In this document: piece by piece, positions 57,524-64,000 of the stretch
How the letters are laid out: each line of letters starts with the position of its first letter
How positions within the stretch are numbered: position 1 is the first letter of the stretch
From: Alphaproteobacteria bacterium
Lineage (GTDB): Bacteria; Pseudomonadota; Alphaproteobacteria; CALKHQ01
Assembly: GCA_965227515.1 (NCBI GenBank)
Contig: CBDDFZ010000002.1
Coordinates: 224,001-288,000, forward strand
Length of the DNA: 64,000 nucleotides
Direction: 5' to 3'
Translations under genes and position numbers: made by a program
Notes under the pieces: model-generated
Told to the model about the DNA's origin: nothing
The model's input: only the letters and a program-made list of their open reading frames with translations
Database searches by the model: none

Positions 57524-58633
57524 ATGACCGACAAGCCGTCCATCCTGCCTGCAACCACACGCCGCCGGTTCCTGCGCACCGGTGCCGCCACCGTTGGCGC
57601 GGCGGCGGTCTCCGCACCGTTCGTGCACCGCGCGGCCGCCCAGGAAAAGCCCAGCGAGATCATCGTGCGCGCCTGGGGCGGTGCCTGGGGCGAGGCGCTG
57701 CAGGCCGGCGTGGCCGACAGCTTCTCGGCCGAAACCGGCGTCGGCGTGCGCTTCGACTACACCGAGGACAACGAGATCCGGCCGAAGATCTGGGCCGCGA
57801 TCGACCAGGGCCGGGTGCCGCCGATCCACGTCAACTGGGACACCAGCACCAACGCCACCATCTCCGCCCAGCGCGGCGTGACGGTCGCGTTGGACGACCT
57901 GCCGAACCTGGAGGGCCTGCTGCCGGCGGCCAAGCCGGCGGGCATCGACGGCTATCCGTTCGTCAACACCTACTCCTACGTCTATGTCTGCGCCTACCGC
58001 GACGAGGCGTTCCCCGACGGCCCGCCGGAATCCTGGCGCATCATGCTGGACCCGCAATACAAGGGCCGCATCGCGCTCTATGACGACGGCATCGGCTTCA
58101 ACCCGATCGCGGTCATCGCCGGCGGCGGTACCTTCGCCGACATTCCGGACAACATGGAGCCGGGCTGGGAGTTCTATCGCCAGCTCAAGGAGCAGGAGCC
58201 GCTGCTGGGCGAGGACCCGGACTTCACCACCTGGTTCCAGCAGGGCGAGATCGACCTGGCCTGCACCATCAGCGTGAACGCGCGCGCCGCCAAGCAGAGC
58301 GGCATCGCCGTGAGCTGGACGGTGCCGGAGGAGGGCTGCAAGGTCGACACCGACGGGCTGTGGATCCCGCAGAACCTGCCGGAGAACGAGGAATACTGGT
58401 CGAAGCAGTTCGTGAACCACGCGCTGAGCGCCACCGCGCAGCAGGAGTGGTGCAGCCTGCTCGGCCTGCCGCCGGTCTATCCGGGGCTGGAGCCGCCGGC
58501 CGACCTGGTGGGCGACCCGGCCTACCCGACCACGCCGGAGGACTTCGAGGCCCTGGTCTCGGTGCCGAGCCCGGTGCTGGTGGAGCACCAGCAGACCTGG
58601 TTCACCAAGTTCAACGAGATCATGCAGGGGTAG
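57524..58633 (+). CDS. PotD/PotF-like substrate-binding protein with Tat signal
   Basis: TRRRFL twin-arginine motif, AAA cleavage site, WGG.W, P.SW....DP.YKGRI, P.EG. Confidence 0.9.
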   Translation: MTDKPSILPATTRRRFLRTGAATVGAAAVSAPFVHRAAAQEKPSEIIVRAWGGAWGEALQAGVADSFSAETGVGVRFDYTEDNEIRPKIWAAIDQGRVPPIHVNWDTSTNATISAQRGVTVALDDLPNLEGLLPAAKPAGIDGYPFVNTYSYVYVCAYRDEAFPDGPPESWRIMLDPQYKGRIALYDDGIGFNPIAVIAGGGTFADIPDNMEPGWEFYRQLKEQEPLLGEDPDFTTWFQQGEIDLACTISVNARAAKQSGIAVSWTVPEEGCKVDTDGLWIPQNLPENEEYWSKQFVNHALSATAQQEWCSLLGLPPVYPGLEPPADLVGDPAYPTTPEDFEALVSVPSPVLVEHQQTWFTKFNEIMQG

Positions 58634-58682
58634 GTCGAGAGCGTTCTCGGCATTGCCACTAGCGATCCACGTTCACCAAATA

Positions 58683-58812
58683 CGTCATGGTCGGGCTTGT
58701 CCCGACCATCCACGTCTTCCTTTGGCCGCCCCAATGGAAAACTGCGCGGCCATCTCGTGGATGCCTCCTCGGATCAAGTCCGAGGACAGGCTCCACAAGT
58801 GCGGGCATGACG
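58683..58812. repeat. CGTC-type REP doublet with an extra hairpin inserted in the right arm
   Basis: cgtcatggtcgggcttgtcccgaccatccacg ... cgtggatgcc[tcctcggatcaagtccgaggacaggc]tccacaagtgcgggcatgacg. Confidence 0.85.
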
Positions 58813-58842
58813 ATGGATTTGTGATGTCGTCCATCAACAACA

Positions 58843-58971
58843 CTGTCATCCTTGACCGAGGCCAACTTCTTGGCCGAGCGTCGAGGATCCATGGTTGCGT
58901 TCGCGCGATGCCCGAAATGGATCCTCGGCGCTGCGCCCAACGTGACGTTGGGCTCCGGCCAAGGATGACAG
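58843..58971. repeat. Second REP-like palindromic doublet
   Basis: ctgtcatccttgaccg...gcgtcgaggatccat and atggatcctcggcgc...cggccaaggatgacag form inverted arms. Confidence 0.8.
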
Positions 58972-58975
58972 GTCT

Positions 58976-59932
58976 TTGGCGCTGAAATTGGCCTACCAGT
59001 CCAACCACCCCATCCCCCTGCGCTGGCGGGTGCTGGACGCCGCCGAGGCGGTGGCCGCCGTCCTGTGGCCGGGACCGTGCCGGCGGCTGACCGGCTGGCT
59101 TCTGCTGGCGCCGGCGCTGCTGCTGGTCGGCTTGCTCGCCGCCGGCCTGGTCTACATTGCCGATTTCAGCTTTCGCGCGCTCGACCCGGCGACCTACAGG
59201 CTGGTCGACGAGTATTCGCTGGCGAACTTCCAGACCGTCGCCGAGCAGACGGTCTATCTCGACATCATGCTGCGCAGCGCGCTGGCGGCGGTCATCGTCA
59301 CCCTGGTGACGCTGGTCCTGGCGTTCCCCTACGCCTATGTCATGGTGCGCACGCCGTCGCGCTGGACCCGCAAGCTGCTGCTGATCTGCCTGTTCCTGCC
59401 GTTCTTCATCGGCCAGGTCGTGCGCGCCTATGGCTGGCTGATCATCCTGGGCCAGCAGGGGCTGATCAACCAGGCGCTGGGCTGGTTCGGGGTCGAGCCG
59501 CTCGACCTGCTCTACAACTACGGCGCCGTGCTGCTCGGCCTGGTCCAGTACATGCTGCCGTTCGCGGTGCTGATGCTGGCGCCGGCGCTGACCGCGATCC
59601 CGGAAGAAGTGGAGCAGGCGTCGGAAAGCCTGGGCGCCAACTGGTGGCGCACCTTCCTCCACGTCGTCATCCCGATGGCCAAGCCGGGGCTGGTCGGCGC
59701 CTCGGTGGTGGTGTTCACGCTCACCATCACCGACTTCGCGATGCCGGAGATCCTGGGCGGCGGCACCATCGATTTCATCGCCAACGCGATCTATGACGGC
59801 TTTTTCCAGATCGCCAATGCCGGCCTGGGCTCCGCGCTCGCCATCGTGCTGGTGCTACTGGCGAGCACCCTGGTGGCGCTGATCTTCGGGCTGCTCGGCG
59901 CGGGCACGCTCTCGTTCGTGGCACGCCGATAA
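58976..59932 (+). CDS. ABC transporter permease (PotB-like)
   Basis: LPF....VVR.YGW..IL...GLIN, LPF.VL, EQASESLGA, V.IP.AKPG; start approximate. Confidence 0.9.
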   Translation: MALKLAYQSNHPIPLRWRVLDAAEAVAAVLWPGPCRRLTGWLLLAPALLLVGLLAAGLVYIADFSFRALDPATYRLVDEYSLANFQTVAEQTVYLDIMLRSALAAVIVTLVTLVLAFPYAYVMVRTPSRWTRKLLLICLFLPFFIGQVVRAYGWLIILGQQGLINQALGWFGVEPLDLLYNYGAVLLGLVQYMLPFAVLMLAPALTAIPEEVEQASESLGANWWRTFLHVVIPMAKPGLVGASVVVFTLTITDFAMPEILGGGTIDFIANAIYDGFFQIANAGLGSALAIVLVLLASTLVALIFGLLGAGTLSFVARR

Positions 59933-59948
59933 TGAGAAAGCTCAATTG

Positions 59949-60749
59949 ATGCGCGGCGCCCGGTCCAAGAAGATCGTCCTGTGGGGCATCGTCTGGTTCA
60001 ACCTGATCTGCCTCGGCCTGCCGACGCTGATCGTGCTCGCGGCCTCGTTCACATCGGGCGATATCGTGACCTTCCCGCCGGACGGGCTGTCACTGCGCTG
60101 GTACGAGCGGCTGCTGGAGCGCGGCGAGTTCATCGACGCCTTCCTGCGCTCGTTGTGGGTGGCGGTGGTCTGCACCCTGGTCGCGATCCCCATCGGCACG
60201 CTGGCCGCGGTCGCCATGGTGCGCTACCGCATCCGCTTCCTCACCGGCATCCAGGTCTACCTGCTGCTGCCGTTCACGATCCCGCTGATCGTCTCCGGCA
60301 TCGGGCTGATGCTGATCTTCGGCGAGCTGCGGCTGCTGGGCCAGCTCTGGCCGGTCGGCATCGCCGCCTGCGTGATCAACCTGCCTTTTATGATCTGGGC
60401 GGTCAGCGCCAGCGTGAACGCGCTCGACCCCGACCTGGAGCTGGCCGCCGCCAGTTGCGGGGCACCGCCCCTGCAGGTGTTCCTGACGGTGACACTGCCG
60501 GCGGTGCTGCCGGGCGTGATCAGCGGCGCGCTGTTGATGTTCATCCTGGCGTTCAACGAGTTCATCGTCAGCCTGCTCTTGGTCGACGCCCGCATCGTCA
60601 CCCTGCCGGTGTCGATCTACAACTCGATCCGCAGCCTGATCACGCCCGACCTCGCCGCGGTCTCGGTGGTCTATATCGTGGTTGCGGTGGCGGCGATCTG
60701 GCTGCTCGACCGGCTGGTCAGCCTGGACGTGTTCCTGAAGTCGAAGTGA
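59949..60749 (+). CDS. ABC transporter permease (PotC-like)
   Basis: SF......FPP.G.SLRWY, LELAAASCGA, VTLP.V.PG, FNEF, TLPV. Confidence 0.9.
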   Translation: MRGARSKKIVLWGIVWFNLICLGLPTLIVLAASFTSGDIVTFPPDGLSLRWYERLLERGEFIDAFLRSLWVAVVCTLVAIPIGTLAAVAMVRYRIRFLTGIQVYLLLPFTIPLIVSGIGLMLIFGELRLLGQLWPVGIAACVINLPFMIWAVSASVNALDPDLELAAASCGAPPLQVFLTVTLPAVLPGVISGALLMFILAFNEFIVSLLLVDARIVTLPVSIYNSIRSLITPDLAAVSVVYIVVAVAAIWLLDRLVSLDVFLKSK

Positions 60750-60799
60750 GCATGCGCTGCGGCCGGCCACCATTGGCGGCCAGCCGCGTGCGTTGGGGA

Positions 60800-61174
60800 T
60801 TACAGGATTTCAGCGGAACAGGTGAACGAGGGACGATCGGTGCCGACGACCAGGGCTTCACCGGGGGCAAGGCCGTTGGGTCCAACTTGCGCGATGCCTT
60901 GGGCGCCATGGCTTGTCGACCAGGCGAGCTGAGTCCCCGCCGCCAGGGCAAGAACTGACTGGTTGCGCAGCACGACGCTCGCCGCGACATCGCCACCGCC
61001 CATTCGGCAATCGACGAACAATGGCAACAGTACGATGTCGCTCACCGGGTCCACGGAGATGACATTGGGGTTGATCGTGCCAATGGTCGGCGGCAAGCCG
61101 TCGGCCTCGGCGGTGCCGATGGCGATCAGGGATGCAAGTGCTGCAATTGCGATAGAGATTTGGGGGGCCTTCAT
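60800..61174 (-). CDS. Small predicted secreted hypothetical protein
   Basis: Signal peptide MKAPQISIAIAALASLIAIGTAEA; RBS AGGAG upstream on the - strand; two Cys flank a beta-rich domain. Confidence 0.65.
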   Translation of the reverse strand: MKAPQISIAIAALASLIAIGTAEADGLPPTIGTINPNVISVDPVSDIVLLPLFVDCRMGGGDVAASVVLRNQSVLALAAGTQLAWSTSHGAQGIAQVGPNGLAPGEALVVGTDRPSFTCSAEIL

Positions 61175-61275
61175 CGATCGAACTCCTGTTCGTTCTTAGG
61201 GTTAATCGCGAGAGTGCGATGTCTCTTGGTCGCAATGGGCACGGACAATGTTCAGTGCTCTTGAATATCGGCGGC

Positions 61276-62043
61276 TCAAATCGACGCCATGTAGCCGCCG
61301 TCGATGTAGAGGAGCTGGCCGGTCACATAGGCCGCCGCGTCGGACGCCAGGAACACCGTGGCGCCGACCAGGTCGTCCAGCCGGCCGAACCGGCCCATCG
61401 GGATCTTGGCCAGCATCGCGTCCTGCCAGCCCTGGTCCTCGTAGAACCCCTCGGTCATCGCGGTGCGGAAATAGCCGGGGCCGATGCCGTTGACCCGGAT
61501 GCCGCGCGGCGCCCATTCGGCGGCGAGCGCGCGGGTCATGCCCAACAGCCCGCTCTTCGACGAGGTGTAGGGCACGGCGGTCGGGATGCCGACGCCCGAT
61601 GTCAGCGAGCAGACGTTGACGATGGAGCCGGTATCGCTACGCGCCAGCACCGTGCGGGCGAAGGCCTGGGCGCAGAAGAACGCGCCCTTCAAATTGGTGT
61701 CGACGATCCGGTCCCAGGTCGCTTCGTCGACATCGGTCGACGGTGCGACGCTCTCGAAGCCGGCGTTGTTGATCAGGATCGAGGGCGCCCAGCCGGCATC
61801 GGCGACCGCTTGCCAGGCATCGCGGATCGACGCCGTGTCGGCGACGTCGCACGCGACGCGCAGGCTGCGGCGGCCGCAGGCCTCCACCTGCGCCGCCGTC
61901 TCCGCCATGTCGTCCGGGGTGCGGCCGAGCAGGGCGACATCGGCCCCAGCCTCGGCCAGGCCGACGGCCAGTGCCGCGCCGATGCCACGGCTGGCGCCCG
62001 TGACGGCTGCGGTACGCCCTTCCAAGGAAAACTGCGACGCCAT
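61276..62043 (-). CDS. SDR family oxidoreductase (gluconate 5-dehydrogenase/KduD-like)
   Basis: TGASRGIG, NNAG, YTSSK, VNGIGPGYF.T, IPMGRFG, VTGQ....DGG; ATG at 62043. Confidence 0.92.
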   Translation of the reverse strand: MASQFSLEGRTAAVTGASRGIGAALAVGLAEAGADVALLGRTPDDMAETAAQVEACGRRSLRVACDVADTASIRDAWQAVADAGWAPSILINNAGFESVAPSTDVDEATWDRIVDTNLKGAFFCAQAFARTVLARSDTGSIVNVCSLTSGVGIPTAVPYTSSKSGLLGMTRALAAEWAPRGIRVNGIGPGYFRTAMTEGFYEDQGWQDAMLAKIPMGRFGRLDDLVGATVFLASDAAAYVTGQLLYIDGGYMASI

Positions 62044-62222
62044 TGCTCTCCCCCATTTTCCACTATGGGCGCGCAATGGAGCACAGTCGAACCGCGGGCG
62101 CCAGCCGCCGGCCGGCCCAGTCGTGAGTAGCTCGCCGTAAGCGCAACGTCACTTTCGCGGTCGGGCGCATGCGGCTATCGTTGCCGCAGGCGTTGGTTCA
62201 CCCACCAGCTTTGGAGGCGCAC

Positions 62223-64000
62223 ATGGCACAATTCGGCGTAGGGCAGTCGGTCTCGCGCAAGGAGGACCAGCGGTTCCTCACCGGCACCGGCCGCTATATC
62301 GACGACATCAAGCTCGATGGCATGAGCCATGTCGTGTTCGTGCGCTCGCCGCACGCCAATGCGCGCATCGATGGCATCGACGTCAGCGCGGCGGCTGCGG
62401 CGCCCGGGGTGATCGCGGTGCTGACCGCGGTGCACGCCGACGCCGACGGAGTGCCGCCGATCCCCTGCATGGGCGAGATTCCGGTCCGCGAGGGCACGAC
62501 CCAGAAGATGCCCGGCCGCCCGGTGCTGGAGGGCAAGCAGGCGCGCAATGTCGGCGTTGCGGTCGCGATGGTGATTGCCGAGACGGTGGCCCAGGCGCGC
62601 GACGCCGCCGAGTTGGTGGCGGTCGACTACACGCCGGAGGACGCGGTCACCGACATGCGCGCGGCGCTGAAGCCCGGTGCGCCGGTGGTGTATCCGGACG
62701 ACGCGCCCGACAACATCGCGTTCGAGTGGGTGGACGGCGACGAGGCGGCGACGAAGGCCGCGTTCGACGGCGCCGACCGGGTGATCAGCCTGGAGCTGGT
62801 CAACAACCGGCTGGCCGCCAACTCGATGGAGCCGCGCGGCTCCATCGGCCATTACGACGCCGCCGAGGATAGCTGGACCCTCTACAACTCCTCCCAGGGC
62901 GCGCACCTGAACAAGGATATGCTGCATGCCTGCCTGATGAAGGACGTCGACCCGGAGAAGGTGCGGGTGCTGTGCCCGGATGTCGGCGGCGGCTTCGGCA
63001 TGAAGGCGTTCCTCTATCCGGAGACGGTGGCGACGTTGTGGGCGTCGAAGAAGGTCGGCCGGCCGGTCAAGTGGGTCAACGACCGCTCCGAATCCTTCCT
63101 GTCCGACTGCCATGCCCGCGACCACCTGACCACGGTGTCGGCGGCGCTGGACAAGGACTGCAAGATCGTCGGCCTGAAGGCCGAGACCATTGCCAACATG
63201 GGCGGCTATCTGGGCAATTTCGGGCCGTTCATCCCGACCGTCGCCGGGAAGGGCATGCACATCGGCGCCTATGACATTCCCGCTGCCTTCGTCCACGTCA
63301 CCGGCGTGTTCACCAACACGGTGTCGACCGATGCCTATCGTGGCGCCGGCCGGCCGGAAGCCGCCTACATGATCGAGCGGTTGATGGACAAGGTCGGCCG
63401 CGAGACCGGGCTCGGCGCGGCCGAAATCCGCCGCCGCAATCTGGTGAAGGCGTCGCAGATGCCCTATTCGTCGGTGCTGGGGCTGACCTACGACAGCGGC
63501 GATTTCCAGCGCAACCTGGAGGACGCCATCGCCGACGCCGACTGCGACGGCTTCGCCGCGCGCAAGGCGGACTCGGCCAAGCGCGGCAAGCTGCGCGGCC
63601 TCGGCCTCGCCTACTACATAGAGGTTTGCGGCGGCGCGCCCAACGTGCCGGCGCTGCTGCAGTTCGAGGAAGACGACACCGTCACCGCGATCATCACTAC
63701 ACAGTCCAACGGCCAGGGCCACGAGACCGCATACTCGCAGATCGTCGCCGAGCGGCTGGGCGTGCCGTTCGAAAGCGTGATGGTCAAGCAGGGCGACACG
63801 GCCTGGATGAAGTCGGGCAGCTTCACCGGCGGCTCGCGCTCGGTGCCGGTGGGCGGGGCGGCGGCCCAGATCGCGTCCGACGAGATCATCGCCAAGGGCA
63901 AGGAGGTGGCCGCCGACTTGCTGGAAGCGGCGGTTGCCGACATCGAGTTCCGCGACGGCAGCTACGTCATCGCCGGCACCGACAGGACGACCAGCATCTT
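62223..64000 (+). CDS. Xanthine dehydrogenase family molybdopterin-binding subunit (CoxL form II-like), 3' truncated
   Basis: Absent from the ORF track because it runs off the window end. ATG 62223 after GGAGG: MAQFGVGQSVSRKEDQRFLTGTGRYIDD, VRSPHA, DVGGGFGMK, AYRGAGRPEA, GQGHET. Confidence 0.92.
   Translation, partial: MAQFGVGQSVSRKEDQRFLTGTGRYIDDIKLDGMSHVVFVRSPHANARIDGIDVSAAAAAPGVIAVLTAVHADADGVPPIPCMGEIPVREGTTQKMPGRPVLEGKQARNVGVAVAMVIAETVAQARDAAELVAVDYTPEDAVTDMRAALKPGAPVVYPDDAPDNIAFEWVDGDEAATKAAFDGADRVISLELVNNRLAANSMEPRGSIGHYDAAEDSWTLYNSSQGAHLNKDMLHACLMKDVDPEKVRVLCPDVGGGFGMKAFLYPETVATLWASKKVGRPVKWVNDRSESFLSDCHARDHLTTVSAALDKDCKIVGLKAETIANMGGYLGNFGPFIPTVAGKGMHIGAYDIPAAFVHVTGVFTNTVSTDAYRGAGRPEAAYMIERLMDKVGRETGLGAAEIRRRNLVKASQMPYSSVLGLTYDSGDFQRNLEDAIADADCDGFAARKADSAKRGKLRGLGLAYYIEVCGGAPNVPALLQFEEDDTVTAIITTQSNGQGHETAYSQIVAERLGVPFESVMVKQGDTAWMKSGSFTGGSRSVPVGGAAAQIASDEIIAKGKEVAADLLEAAVADIEFRDGSYVIAGTDRTTSI

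Noticed and set aside
58653-58985. 110-aa and 93-aa ORFs between the SBP and permease genes (also 53938-54520)
   Set aside because: They lie entirely over palindromic repeats and are probably spurious.
62175-63722. 515-aa minus-strand ORF
   Set aside because: Antisense to the clearly recognisable molybdopterin-binding subunit on the + strand.
62223-64000. Bona fide aerobic CO dehydrogenase (form I coxL)
   Set aside because: The motif is AYRGAGR, not AYxCSFR.

Overview
High-GC sequence, probably from an alphaproteobacterium (Rhodospirillales-like; inferred from codon style, gene families and CGTC-type palindromic repeats). Positions 1-50067 hold one very large, co-oriented (+ strand), translationally coupled surface-glycan biosynthesis and tailoring cluster of about 46 genes that runs off the left edge. 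It contains a full pseudaminic acid pathway (pseB, pseC, pseG-pseH fusion, pseI, pseF, Pse-associated methylase), a second atypical NeuB-family synthase and two SpsF-type cytidylyltransferases. Nitrogen-transfer genes are unusually numerous: three HisH/HisF paralog pairs, four N-acetyl-sugar amidotransferases and three AsnB-like proteins. Also present are a WbpB/E/D-like trio, five methyltransferases, four GNAT domains, a sulfotransferase, a PhyH dioxygenase, an ABC flippase-like exporter and two GT4 glycosyltransferases, one frameshifted. The least explained parts are (i) a BFD-type [2Fe-2S] domain fused to His-terminated beta-rich repeats, with a paralogous partner gene; (ii) three unannotated HP-motif GT-B-like proteins that may be new CMP-nonulosonate transferases; and (iii) an AT-rich HEPN-like insertion. 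Positions 50179-60749 hold a GntR-nanE-ROK kinase-sugar ABC locus followed by a Pot-like ABC system, with nested REP-like palindromes downstream of both solute-binding genes. The right end has a small secreted protein, an SDR and the 5' part of a xanthine dehydrogenase/CoxL form II-like molybdoenzyme. No rRNA, tRNA, CRISPR array or transposase was seen. All calls come from motif recognition by eye; no database search was run.
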